From the human T2T-CHM13v2.0 reference genome, Homo sapiens: a DNA stretch of 64,000 nt. Within the stretch, counting starts at the first letter, position 1. Each line of letters begins with the position of its first letter. The notes beneath the pieces are model-generated. The model was not told the origin of the DNA. It was given only the letters and a program-made list of their open reading frames with translations, and did not search any database. The position numbers and the translations under genes were made by a program. Positions 1 through 12,229 of this stretch are shown one piece after another. The stretch lies in the NCBI RefSeq assembly GCF_009914755.1, contig NC_060942.1; one strand, 5' to 3'.

Positions 1-90
1 CCCAACCTCTGCCTGTTATCCAGTTCCAAAGTTGCTTCCATATTTTTGGTATCTTTTCAGCAGTTCCCCACTCTACTGGTACCAATTTAC
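1..90 (-). mobile_element. THE1 internal region, 5' end (continues beyond the left edge of the window)
   Basis: The reverse complement reads GTAAATTGGTACCAGTAGAGTGGGGAACTGCTGAAAAGATACC..., the start of THE1-int, and directly abuts the LTR. Confidence 0.85.
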
Positions 91-445
91 TGTATTAGTC
101 TGTCTTTATGTAGCTGATAAAGACATACCATAGACTGGGTAATTTATACAGGAAAAAAGGTTTAAAGGACTTACAGTTCCATGTGGATGGGGAAGTCTCA
201 CAATCATGGTAGAAGGTAAAGAGGAGCAAGTCATGTCTTACATGGCTGGCAGCAAGCAAAGAGAGAGCTTGTGCAGAGAAATGGCCCCTTATAGAACCAT
301 CAGAGATCATGAGGCTTATCCACTATTACAAGAACAGCATAGGAAAGACCTGCTCCCATGATTCAATTACCTCCTGCCAAGTCCCTACCACAACCTGTGG
401 GAATTCAAAATGAGATTTGAGTGGGGACACAGCAAAACCATTTAA
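91..445 (-). mobile_element. THE1 (THE1C/D-like) MaLR 5' LTR
   Basis: TGTATTAGTC...GATAAAGACATACC...GAGATTTGAGTGGGGACACAGCAAAACCAT is the reverse complement of a THE1 LTR. Confidence 0.9.
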
Positions 446-507
446 AAACCATCTTGTTTTTCTATGATTTAATTCATTAGAAATAGGGAAGAATAAATTG
501 TGGGACT

Positions 508-735
508 CTGTTACACAATAAGGTAACTATAACTAATAATGTATTTTATATTGCAAAATAGCTAGAAGAAAGGATTTTAAATGTCCTCATCACAAAGATA
601 TGATAAATATTAAAGTGATGGATGTGCTACTTACCCTGATCTGATCATTATACAAGGTATATAAGTATTGAAAATTCACACTGTAACCCATAAATATGTA
701 TGATTATAGTGTATTAATTATAAATAAAGCTTAAA
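508..735 (+). mobile_element. L1MA-type 3' end fragment
   Basis: Contains the typical L1MA 3' UTR text AAAATAGCTAGAAGA...TCACAAAGA...GTGATGGATGTGCTA..TTACCCTGAT.TGATCATTATACA and ends in AATAAA. Confidence 0.75.
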
Positions 736-1481
736 AATATGTCATCCAGCTTGTGTTAGGCTTCTTGTTTCTAAGTAGAATTTAGTCCCAACTTCAATAG
801 CTTTCATTTAAGCTATTTTTTTTCTTCCTAATATTCTCTCTATATCCTGCTTTCCTGTAAAATATATTATGGCACTCATTTAAAATTAAGCCACAACTTA
901 AAATTATGTATTGTACTAGGTTTGCACATGGACATTTTTAGGGTTATAATATGAGGGCCTAACAGACCACACTATCATGAAAAGTCTTACCAGGCTTGGA
1001 AGAGAAGAAAAATGAAGCAAGTGAGATCCCCCAAGCACTTGCTCTCACATCTGCCCCTGAAACATCATTTCTATCTATTTACATGGCATTTCCACCTGGT
1101 GATGAAAGTCAAATGCTGCCCAAGATGAGAAAATCTCTAGGGAGCAGTAATGTGAATTGGAAAAAAGGTGAAGCTATTTACAAGAATACAAATGTGAAGT
1201 TACCTGCTCATTTAATTTTATAGACTCATTCAAAAATAGCCCTTGAAAAAAGAACAGGAGATTAAATCAAAAGAAAGGTTTTATGGACTTAATTAGGCAA
1301 AGTATAAAATTTGAAAGCTAAAAATCTGGAAGTGAATTCAAGCTTCACCAGTCTTTTACTTCCCTTATTTATGTATTGTGGCAGATATACACAAAACTGT
1401 ACTCCAACAAGTCAAGTCATTGTATTATAACCATGCTTGAGGGTGGATGGAGTCAGTGACATGCTTCGGGTCAACAGAATA

Positions 1482-3919
1482 TTGGCATACCTCAGAGAAA
1501 TTGCAATAGTTCTAGACTACTGCAATAAAGAAAATATTGCAATAAAGAGAGTCACAGAATCTTTTTTGGTTTCCCAGTGCATATAAAAATTATCACTACA
1601 TTTACAATATACTGTAGTATATTAAGTGTGCAATAGCATGATGTCTCTGTCTCTCTATATATATACCCTGTATATAGAGAGTTATGTACATCATATATAT
1701 AACAATAAAGTATTTTTAAATTAAGTTGTATATATATATAGACATATATATGAGTATTTTAAGCTATATGTGAGTATTTTTAAATTAAGGTGTATATATA
1801 TACAGATATCTATAGACATATCTCTACATATATGTCTATATATACACACATGCACAAAGATTAATAAAAATACTTGATATGTATATATAGGATATATATG
1901 AAGTATATATATGATGTATATGTCTCTTTATATACAGTTATGTATAGTAGGTTTCATCTCAATAAACCACCTTTTTTGCTCACGTATAGGAAATAACTCC
2001 ATTCATTCAAGTTGGATCATGAGATTATAACAATTCAGTCACATAATCAGACTCCACTTCCAATTCTCTTGCTGTTTACATCACATCTACGGTTACTTCC
2101 TCCGCTGAAGTCTTGAACTCCTCAAAGTCATCCAGTAGGGTTGGAATTAAGTTTGTACAAACTCCTGTTAATATTGATATTTTGACCTCCTTCCATGAAT
2201 CACTAATGTTTTTAATAACATCTAGAATGATAAATTCATTCCAGTAGGTTTTTAATTTACTTGGCCCAGATCCATCAGAATAATCACTATCTATGTCAGC
2301 TATAGGCTTACAAAATGCATTCCTTGAATAATAAAAATTGAAAGTAAAAATTACTCCTTGATCTATAGCTGAATAATAGATGTTGTGTTAGCAGGCATGA
2401 AAACAACATAAATTTTCTTGATAGCTCTGATGGAGCTTTTGGGTGACCAGGTACATTGTCAATGAACAGTAATATTTTGAATGAAATCTTTTTCTTTTTT
2501 TCCTGAGCAGTAGATCTCAGCAATCATCTTAAAATATTCAGTAAATCATGCTATAAACAGATGTGCTATCATCCAGGCTTTGTTGTTCTATTTAGAGAGC
2601 ACAGGCTGAGTAGAGTTAGCCTGAATTTTAGAACACTAGGATTTTTTGAATGGTAAATGAGCATTGGCTTCAATTTAAAAGCACCACCTACCCTAGCCCC
2701 TAACAAGAGAGCCGCCTGTCATTTGAAACTTTATAGCCAGAAATTGATTTCTCCTCTCTTGCTATGAAAGTCCTAGATGACATATTCTTCCAATGTAAGG
2801 CTGTTTTTTTTTTTCAATGAAAATCTTTTGTTTAGTGTAGCCAGTAAGAACATACAACATTGACTGATTAAGTTTGACATTTATCAATTATCTTATGTAG
2901 AGCTTTTGGATAATTTGCTACAGTTCCTACATCCGCACTTTCTGCTTCACCTTGCACTTTTATGTTATGGATATGGCTTCTTAAACCTCATGAACCAACC
3001 TCTGCTAGCTTTTGACTTTCCTTCTGCATCTTTCTCACGTCTCTCAGTCTTCATAGAATTGAAGAGAGTTAGGTCTGGATTAGAATTTGGCTTAAGGGAA
3101 TGTTGTGGCTGAATTGATCATCCATCTAGACCACTAAAACGCTCTCCATGTCAACAATAAGACTGTTTCACTTTCTTATCACTCTTATGCTTGCTGAAAT
3201 AAATGACTAATAGTTACTAAGTTTTAATATGCAAAGTCTTTTTGCATGTATTAACTGGTAAAGACTGTATAAAGATGATTATAGACTTTATAGTTTATGT
3301 GGTAAGTAACTCACTTTTAATTTTTGTCAAGAACTTTTTCTTTGTGTTCACAACTTGCTAATTTTTTGATGCAAGAAGCCTAGTTTTCAGCCTATCTTCA
3401 TGTTTGACTTGCCTTTCTCACTAAATATTATCATTTCTGGCTTTTGAAGTAAAGTGAGAGAAGTATATTTCTTTCTTTCCCTTAGACTTTTACACGCCAT
3501 TGCAAGGTTATTAACTGGCCTGATTTCAATGTCGTTGTGTCTTAGGGAATAGGAGGGCCCGAGGAGGGGGAGAGAGGAAGGAACATCCTGTCGATGGAGC
3601 AGTAAGAACATACAATATTGATTGATTAAGTTTGACATTTTATATGGTCATGATTCATGGTGTTCCAAAACAATTATAATGGGTAACACCAAAGATCACT
3701 GATCACAGATTATTATAACAGATATAATCACAATGAAAAGTTTAAAATAGTCTAAGAATACCACAGTGTGACACAGAGATAAGAAGTGAGCACATGATGT
3801 TGAACAAACAATGCCCGAAGACTTGCTTGATGTAGGGTTGCCACAAATTTTCACTTTGTAAAAAATGCAGTATCTGTGAAGCACAATAAAACAAAGCACA
3901 ATAAAATGAGGTATGCTTC
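1482..3919 (-). mobile_element. Tigger1 DNA transposon, near full length, internally rearranged, transposase decayed
   Basis: TIR-like ends GGCATACCTC / GAGGTATGC are flanked by TA on both sides. ORF remnants: 3387-3638 (..MACKSLRERKKYTSLTLLQKPEMIIFSEKG, Tigger1 N-terminus) and 2308-2523 (FKILLFIDNVPGHP, DDE region). Confidence 0.92.
1645..1945. repeat. TA-rich low-complexity tract inside Tigger1
   Basis: Runs of TATATA/TATG replace part of the element. Confidence 0.8.
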
Positions 3920-4879
3920 TATAGCAAAAGTGATGGGGTGGCCCTCTCATGATTATGTTACTTTACAAAAGACTCAACCTTACAGAAGTGAAGAGAGTCT
4001 CTTGCTATTTTTGAAGAAGTTAGGTCTCACATGGTGTGAGAATCTTTGGGAGTTTCACATGGCAAAGAACTCAGAGTGGGGAATGTCTCTTAGAGCTGAC
4101 AGTAATGTCTGCGTGACAGCCAGCAAGAAAATAGGACCTCAGTCTCAGAACTGCAAAAGAATGAATTCTGCCAACCGTGGAGATAGAAAGAGAACCTCAG
4201 GTCCTAGGAAGAAACACAGCAGGCTGTCACCTTGGTTGAAGCCACGGAAGATCCTAGATGACTAAGCCAAGCTGTTTTGTGACTCCTGTCCCACAGAAAC
4301 TAGATAATAAATGTTAAGCTACTGAATTTGGGATAATTCATTGAGCAACAATAGAAAATTAACACATCTACAAATTATGTAAATCAGTTCTATACAGTCT
4401 TTTCAAATAATGGATGTAAAAAGACTTGTGCACAGTAAAACTTAGTTATCTGTATACTTAGTTTACTATTTTGAAAAATACAGGATTAAAGCCATGCAAA
4501 AGCTATAATTCCATACATTAGTTTACATATATAAAGATGCTTTATCAACATCAAGTTTTGAGAAATTTGTGAAACCTCCTAATTTGTAAATCAACATCCA
4601 CAATCTAATCAACATAAAGATTTGGAAGACATTCACTTTGTCACCATCAGTCAATATGTCTGAATTCTACTCTTTTACATTTTGATATATTTAGTCTTGA
4701 GATTGAAATTATACTTTTCAATAGAAATTGTTTAATGTAAATTATTTTAACAGATTCACTCTAACCCTAATAGAGGCTTGTTAGTTAATTATCTGGGGGA
4801 AAAAGCTAATGGCACAAGCTAGACTTTCTAGATATGAACTCATATTTTGATACTCCTTTGCAATGGTGACATAAACACA

Positions 4880-5005
4880 AGTCTGTTGTGTGGATTTTGA
4901 TGTCAAGACCAGGCTTACATCTAAGTTGTACTCTTACTTTTTATTTGACCTTGAAGTCACTTAATCTCTCCTGGGACCTTAGTTTCTTAAACTTCAAAAT
5001 GAAAG
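4880..5005 (+). mobile_element. MIR fragment
   Basis: Core TGACCTTGAAGTCACTTAATCTCTC...CTTAGTTTCTT...AAAATG. Confidence 0.6.
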
Positions 5006-5649
5006 CGTCCCTCATCACTATTGTTGATGTCCATGAAGATATTTTCTAAAATGTAACTTCTTATAAAATGTTACTTGTCATTTAATATTTTTTATTTTAC
5101 TGCTATTTAATTAATGTGAAAATGACAAATAAGAAAAAGAGATCATTCTTTGATGTATCATTTTTCTACAATCTCAATTATGTAGTTAGAGTCTTGTTCT
5201 ATGATAAAAAGTCTTTTCTTAAAATAAGTTTTTTTAAGTCCTTTTTTTAAAAAATTTTTGCCTTTCGGACAGTTGCTTCTGCAATTCTCACAGCCCTTAT
5301 AATTTCCATCTTTTCACTTTCTTTCATTCAAGTGAGAAAATCCGTCAAGGTGATCAGAAAAAATGTCAAACATGGTCAGAATGTTGAGTTAAATTATCAG
5401 CACATTTCAGATTTCTGACTATGCCACTATCACAAGAAAGCAAGTAATAGCAAACTGTTATCAAATTACTGATCAGGTTTTAATAGAAATTAATTGTACT
5501 TCAAATACAGATTTGTGATATACCATCCCAGCTTTTAAAACTTCAATAAAGCAGCATTGCACATAATGTAGCATTTTATGTAATATAACTTGTATTACAG
5601 ATTACTAGATTTTGAAACCAGGGCTTCTCTTTTGTCTTTCCAGATGTTC

Positions 5650-6040
5650 TTTTTTTTTTTTCAACAGCTTTACTGAGTTATCTTTGACATAGAAAATTTC
5701 ATATATTCAAGGTGTATTAAGTGATCTTGTAATATCTGTATATGCTATGAAAAGATCCCCACAATCAAATTACCATATCCATTACCTCTAACAGTTAGCA
5801 TTTTGTACATTTATGTATGTGTATTGATAATATTGATAATGTGTATTTGATAATATTAAATATAGATAATATTTAATTTATGATCTATTCTCTAGTAAAT
5901 TTCGAGTATACAATAGAATTTCATTAACCCTCATTACTAGGCTGTTCACTACATTTTCAGAGCTTATTCATCTTGCATAACTGACAGTTTGTACCTTTTG
6001 ACCAATATCACCCCATTCTCCCTCAACCAGTCCCTGTACC
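5650..6040 (-). mobile_element. L1MA (MA9/10-like) 3' end
   Basis: Poly-T followed by CAGCTTTACTGAG.TA...TATATTCAAGGTGTA...CTTATTCATCTTGCATAACTGA..TTTGTACCTTTTGACCAA. Confidence 0.75.
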
Positions 6041-6294
6041 TCCATTTGTGTGAGTGATCAAATCATCATAGGAATTATTCAGTTTAACTGAATTAAGCAT
6101 GGAGGGAGATATTTATAGCTTTTGTACCAAAGAGACTAATAATTAAGCAATTTCTATCTAAAAATACTATATTTCTTTATTACACAGAGAAACATGTAAT
6201 CTCAATGTCAAGAAATGTGCCTCTTTTTGTTTGTTTATCCCACGATCCTCATTACTTAGCACAAAACTTGATATGTGATACAATTTAGTAGGGC

Positions 6295-6610
6295 TCTGTG
6301 ACATAGTATATTAGGTTGGTGCAAAAGTAGTTGCGGTTTCTACCATTAAAATTGATGGCAAAAACCACAATTATGTTTGCACCAAGCTAGATTTAGAAGC
6401 ACAGACTTTGTCATCAGAAGACATGGGTTTAGCTGTATGATTTACAGCAGCCTACTTATATTCTTTAAGCCTCAAATTTATCAAATATAAGAGATAAGCA
6501 ATAATATTATATCCCTTGTATATTATTATGAGGATTAAATAAGATAATGTCTATAAAGTGCCAAACTCTGCACCTTGTACATAATAAACTGTAAATAATT
6601 TTTACTATTA
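6295..6610 (+). mobile_element. MIR interrupted by MADE1
   Basis: AGAAGCACAGACTTTG..TCAGA..GACATGGGTTT...TTAAGCCTCA..TT...ATGAGGATTAAATAAGATAATG. Confidence 0.65.
6311..6390. mobile_element. MADE1 (Hsmar1-derived MITE), 80-bp palindrome
   Basis: TTAGGTTGGTGCAAAAGTAGTTGCGGTTT...ATGGCAAAAACCACAATTATGTTTGCACCAAGCTA, preceded by TA. Confidence 0.92.
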
Positions 6611-6829
6611 CAATGCTAGTTAGCAACAAAAAATGCATAATTATTTTAATTTAGATAAGCCTTGTATTAGTTATGATTAGGTTCAGAATTAGTTTTAACA
6701 GTGGCTTATAGAAAAAAGGATTGTTTGTTCACTTTTATTTTCTCTGACCAACCCTTCAGAGGTAGGTAATCCTCAGAGCTGGAGGATTTCAGGCTTCATT
6801 CCTCAAATCATTGTTTGGCTTAGGATGGC

Positions 6830-7240
6830 TATAAATATTTTTGTAAATACTTATTTAAGTTTTTTTTAAATTGAATAAATACCTAGGAATGTGATTGTTG
6901 GGTCATATGATATGTTTATATTTAAGTTTATAATAATATTCTAATAAAGACCAAAAGATAACACTTCATATGTGCTAGGATGGCTAAAATTTAAAAGACA
7001 GACAATAGCAAGTATTAGTGAGGATGTGGAGAAATTGGAACTTTACTATGTCGCTGGTAGGAATGTAAAATGGTGCTGCTATTTTAGAAAGTCTGACAGT
7101 TTCTCAAAATTTTATACATAGAGCTACATATGATTCATCAAATTAACTCTTAGAGTGATATCTGAGAGAAGTGAAAGCATATGTTTACCCAAGGACTTGT
7201 ACATTAATAGTTATAGCCATATTATTAGTAATAACTAGCT
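6830..7240. mobile_element. Old L1M fragments (minus ~6830-6945, plus ~6945-7240)
   Basis: AAATACCTAGGAATGTGATTGTTGGGTCATATG on the minus strand, and AGGATGGCTAAAATTTAAAAGACAGACAATA..AAGTATT.GTGAGGATGTGGAGAAATTGGAAC on the plus strand. Confidence 0.7.
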
Positions 7241-7244
7241 AGTG

Positions 7245-8410
7245 AAATCAAGATACCATCATCATTCTTCACAGAACTAGGAAAAACAATCCTAAAATTC
7301 ATATGGAGCAAAATAACCCACATCTCCAAGGCAAGAAGAACAAATCTGGAGGCATCATGTCACCCAACTTCAAACTATACTACAAGGCTATAGTTACCAA
7401 AACAACATGGTCCTGGTATAAAAATAGCTACATAGACCAATGGAACAGAATAGAGAACCCAGAAATAAACACACATACTTACAGTCAACTGATCTTTGAC
7501 AAAGCAAACAAAAACATAAAGTGGGGAAAGGACACCCTATTAAACAAATGGTACTGGAATAATTGTCAAGCCACGTGTAGAAAAACAAAACTGGATCCTC
7601 ATTTCTCACCGTATACAAAAATCAACTCAAAGTGGATCAAAGACTTAAATGTAAGATCTGACACCATAAACATTCTAGAAGACAACATTAAAAAACTCTT
7701 GTAGACATTGGCTTAAGCAAAAAGTTTTATGACCATGAACCCAAAAGCAAATGCAACAAAAACAAATATAAATAGATGAGACCTAATTAAACTAAAAAGC
7801 TTCTGCACAACAAAATAAACAGCAGAGTAAACAAACAACCCACAGAGCAGGAGAAAATATTCATAAACTATGCATGCAATAAAGAACTAATATCCAGAAT
7901 CTACAAGGAACTAAGACAAATCAGCAAGAAAAAAGCAAATAATCTGATCCAAAAGTGAGCAAAGAGAATGAATAGACAATTCTCAAAAGAAGATATACAA
8001 ATGTCCAAAAAATATATGAAAAAGATTCTCAACATCATTAAATGTCAGGGAAATGCAAATTAAAACCACAGTGAGATACTACTTTACTCCTGCAAGAACA
8101 GCCATAATTGAAAAAGCAAAAAATAAAAGACAACATGAATGTGGTGAAAAGGGCAAGTTTTTACATTGTTGCTGGGAATATAAACTAGTGCAACCTCTAT
8201 GGAAAACAGTAGAGAAATTCCTTAAAGAACTAAAAGTGGAACTACTATTTCATCCAGCAATCCCACTTCTGAGTATCTACCTGGAGGAAAAAAAGTCATT
8301 ATATGAAAAAGACACTTGCACAGAAATGTTTATAGTAGCACAATTAGCAATTGTAAAAATTTAGAACCAGCCTAAATGCCCATCAACCAACAAGTGAATA
8401 AAGAAAATGT

Positions 8411-8444
<34 letters not shown>

Positions 8445-8800
8445 TCCGATGAAATACTACTCAGCCATAAAAGAAGTGAAATAATAGCATTCACAACAAC
8501 CTGGATGGAGTTGGAGACCACTATTCTAAGTGAAGTAATTCAGGAATGGAAAACCAAATATTGTATATTCCCACTTATAAGTGGGAGTAAGTTATGAGGA
8601 CTCAAAGGCATAAGAGAGATATACTGAAATTTGGGGACTTGGCGGAAAGGGTGAGAGAGGGGTGAGACATAAGACTACACACTGAGTACAGTGTACAGTG
8701 CTCAGGTGATGGGTGCACCAAAATCTCAGAAATCACCACTTAAGAACTTTTCCATGTAACCAAAAATTACCTGTTTCCCCAGAACTATTGAAATAAAATT
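7245..8800 (+). mobile_element. 5'-truncated L1PB (L1PB1-like): ORF2 C-terminus and 3' UTR
   Basis: ORF 7303-7704 (..[32 protein letters not shown]..) and ORF 8053-8364 (MQIKTTVRY..HCCWEYKLVQPLWKTV) match L1 ORF2p with stops and frameshifts. 3' UTR GGTGATGGGTGCACCAAAATCTCAGAAATCACCACT. Confidence 0.9.
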
Positions 8801-8844
8801 TGAAAAACAAACACAGAACCTCAAAAATAAAAATTAAAATTAAA

Positions 8845-9680
8845 ACAGTATGCCAGTTCCTCAAAAAATTAAAAACAGAATTACCATACAATCCAGCAAT
8901 TCCATTTCTGAATATAGACTAGAAAGAATTTCAAAAGAATATCTGTATACCAATGTTCACACCAGAATTATTTCCAATAACTAAAATGTGTAAGCAACCC
9001 TTGTCTATCATACACAGACGAATTTATAAAAACAATGTGATATATACATACAAAAGAAGGACATTCTGGCCAGGAGCAGTGGCTCATGCCTGTAATCCCA
9101 ACACTTTGGGAGGCTGAGGCTGGTGGATCACTTGAGGTCAGGAGTTCAAGACCAGCCTGGCCAACATGGGGAAACCCCATCTCTACTAAAATACAAAAAT
9201 TAGCCTGGTGTGGTGGTGCATGCCTATAGTCTCAACTACCCAGGAGACTGAGGTGGGAGAATCACTTGAACCCAGGAGGTAGAGGTTACAGTGAGCCGAG
9301 ATCGTGCCACTGAACTCCAGCTTGGGTGGTAGAACCAGACTTCCTCCAAAAAAAAAAAAAAGGAAGGAAATTCTGACTCTGACATATGCTAAGACATGAA
9401 TTAACCTCTAGGACATTACACTTAAGTGAAATAGGCCAGCCATAAAAAGGCAAATACTATATGATTCAACATACATAATGTTCTGGAAGAGTCAAAGTAA
9501 TAGAAACAGAAAGCCTGGTGGTTCCCAACATTTAGAAGAAGGAGGAAATAGATTAAAGGAGTTCTGGAAATGGATAATGGTGATGATTAGACAACATTAT
9601 GAACTTATCACTGGACTGTACAATTAATAATTGTTAAGATGCTACATATTCTGTTATGTGTTTTAGCAAATAATAAATGT
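8845..9680 (+). mobile_element. L1MB 3' region interrupted by an Alu
   Basis: CAGTTCCTCAAAAAATTAAAAACAGAATTACCATACAATCCAGCAATTCCA...; AAGTGAAATAGGCCAG..ATAAAAAGGCAAATACT; GTTCTGGAAATGGATAATGGTGATG. Confidence 0.75.
9068..9361 (+). mobile_element. AluS (Sx/Sz-like)
   Basis: Full dimer with poly-A. Degenerate TSD AAGAAGGACATTCT / AGGAAGGAAATTCT. Confidence 0.93.
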
Positions 9681-11589
9681 TAGAATACATATTTAAACAA
9701 CTTATGTACTAAACAAGTAATAATAATGAACATTTAAAATATTTAATTTATATTAAGTATTATACTATTAGTATACATGCACACACACATACACACAAAT
9801 AATGTAGTATTAGAAGTTAGTTGATTTTTATCGATAGGATCTAAGATTGTTGAAACATAGATAAATACTAAAAAAGTCTACTTTGATTTTAATGATGTAG
9901 TAAAATACCCCACAATTAATTTACAAGAAAAACTTGTAAAGATAAAAATATAATGTTGAATAAAATTTGTAGAGAGTTTTGAGTATCAGTTAAGCTGACT
10001 AGTTAAAAATTAGAGAAACAATAAACATATTTAAACGGAGACCATTTTTAACAACATTTTGTAAACATTCCAAAGTAGCAGCATGTAGATTTAATAAATA
10101 CAGATTGATTTTCACATATTGGAGTACCCTTCCTCAGACAACCTTTTTCCTATCTCTGATTGCAAAATCTCAATTATGCATTTCACTTATGTGGTTGTTG
10201 AGAAAATTATTTCTTATTAATCAATGCTGTGTATAAACTATAGTCATACAAACTATGAAGATATCAAAAAGCCTGATATTTGAGTGATAATATTAATAAT
10301 AATGTATTTTATTTTATTTCTTTACCAAAAGTTATAATGCAGTAAGTATCTCGTCCAAATCTCTAGGGAATGCTATCCCTGAATTAGATGAACTCAGTGC
10401 TTGTTCCCTTGTTCCTCATGGTGCTTCATTGAACCCACTGGCATGTGTATAAGTTGTTGAACTAGATTGTATTTCTTTCTTGGATTGTTTTAATTTTTGC
10501 TTCATTTTGTAAAAGGACCAACAATTCATAAATTTTGAATAATGTTAATACATTTTAGTTTTGAGGGTTTTTTAAATATTTTCCTAGAATCTATTATTAT
10601 TATTTTGTCCCTTAAGTTCTTTACCAAGTAAGGATGTGGGTTTCTTTTCTCCCCACACAGAAGCAAAATCATGCAGGCTTTAGCTCCTAAATGCTTTGCC
10701 TTAAAATCTTTCTCAATAATTACAGAGAAAAAATAGCCCTGTAAGTGCCATTCATTCTGTAAAAAGCTGGTGAGACAAAGAGTATTCAGGTATTATTTTA
10801 CTTTCAGATGAAAAATAGCATGCAAAAAGTTTTCTGCAGGTTTGCATTGTTCCATTACAATTCAATTTTTAAAAAATATTTTAATCAAAGGAATGGAGAT
10901 ATAGTCAGTGCACTTAAGTCTCATTCTCCTTATATTTATCATGGTCAGTTAAAGAGTCAAAAATACTATCTTGGACACAGTACTGATGTTATCAAAGTTA
11001 ATGATGGGAATAACTGAGAACTCAAGATACAGAAAGTACATTAAAGACTATTAGGAGCAATTGTTTAATCTTTTATGTGAGGAAAAGTTTAAGTTGAAGA
11101 TGACACATGACTTTGTTTGGAACATATACAAATTTTTAAATTTGAACATATTACTCAATTTTACTATTCCTGCTTCAAAACTCTTTTGATACATATTTAT
11201 TTTCCCCCAAGTATCAGCTGTATATTCCTTCCTTGTCTTATAACAGAATCATATTTGGGAATGTCAATTATTATTTAGCACCTGTTGTAGGGACAGATAA
11301 GTCTCTGTTGAGTTTTGGATTCAATAGTTCTGAATGACAACCACCCGGTTCCATCCATTCAGTTTTTTCACTGCCTTAAACAATCTACGTGAGAGTGTTT
11401 ATATCTATATAATCAAAATTTCTAACTTCTCATTATAGTATTTTCCTAGGCATAAATAAGTTAAACTATATATGCTACTTAAGGGAATTTGAGTTGCTTA
11501 TGTTCATTTAAAAATAGCCTGAAATTTAAGTAAAATATTAATTTAAATATTAAATATTAAACAGAAATTTTACTAAAATATTTAGGACC

Positions 11590-11900
11590 TGCTTTAGTCC
11601 ATTGTGCGGCTACAACAAAATGCCTGAAGCTGGGTAAAGAACAGAAATTTATTTTCTCACAGATCTGGAGACTGCGAAGTCCCAGATCAAGGTGCCAGCA
11701 GGTTCAGTTGTCTGGTGAGGGCTGAATCTTCCAGAGAAGAGGAAGGCTGTGTATTTGCATGGTCAATGACAAACAGTCAAGTGAGCTCAACTCTGTGTGA
11801 AGCCCCTTTTATAAAGACCTAACTCGATTCACGAGGAATGGATGAATGGCCTAATTACCTGTTAAAGGCCCCACCTCTTAACACCTTCACTTCACAAGTG
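11590..11900 (-). mobile_element. MaLR LTR (MSTC/D- or MLT1A-like)
   Basis: AACAGAAATTTATTTTCTCACAG.TCTGGAG.CTG.GAAGTCC.AGATCAAGGTGCCAGCAG...AAAGGCCCCACCTCTTAA. Confidence 0.75.
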
Positions 11901-12229
11901 TAACATTCAGTGAGATGTGTTTCCAATTATGGTTTAAATGTGTCCACTCCATCTGGGGACACTCTGTGAAGAAGCCATGTGGCTCTTTCCTTATTGTGTT
12001 TCCTTAATGTGTTTCCCTTCCCTTATTGTCATAATTTTGTGCTCTATGGAGGATGAAATAGTTAGCTTCTTAGACTTGCCATTACAAAGTTTTTCTGTCA
12101 CCCACAGAAAGCTGCCACAAACCTGACATATTGAAAGTCTACCAGGTCAGTTCAAATGCATCCCAGAAATAAACATTTCTTTACCAATCCTCCCTCTTCT
12201 GGCTTCCAAATTTTAAGAAAATTCATAAT

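Larger units (their letters stand above)
1377..4366 (+). mobile_element. MLT1 (MLT1G/H-like) LTR split by Tigger1; pieces 1377-1481 and 3920-4366
   Basis: Removing Tigger1 and one TA rejoins AACAGAATA|TAGCAAAAGTGATGG. Downstream are GACAGCCAGCAAGAAAATAGG..CCTCAGTC, GAATTCTGCCAAC and the terminal GCAACAATAGAAAATTAACACA. Confidence 0.75.

Noticed and set aside
3876-4265. 129-aa ORF
   Set aside because: It spans the Tigger1 TIR/MLT1 junction, starts at GTG, and has no protein signature.
6830-7240. Opposite-orientation L1 pieces suggesting twin priming
   Set aside because: Both pieces appear to cover the same L1 segment and are highly diverged, so independent old fragments are more likely.
7303-8597. 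ORFs of 133, 103 and 73 aa resembling L1 ORF2p
   Set aside because: These are broken pieces of a 5'-truncated L1PB, not a gene.
10790-11017. Acceptor-like TTTTACTTTCAG followed by an ATG ORF
   Set aside because: There is no convincing donor and no protein similarity. This is expected by chance in AT-rich DNA.
11515-11590. AT-rich quasi-palindrome
   Set aside because: It is low complexity and imperfect, and not distinguishable from background.
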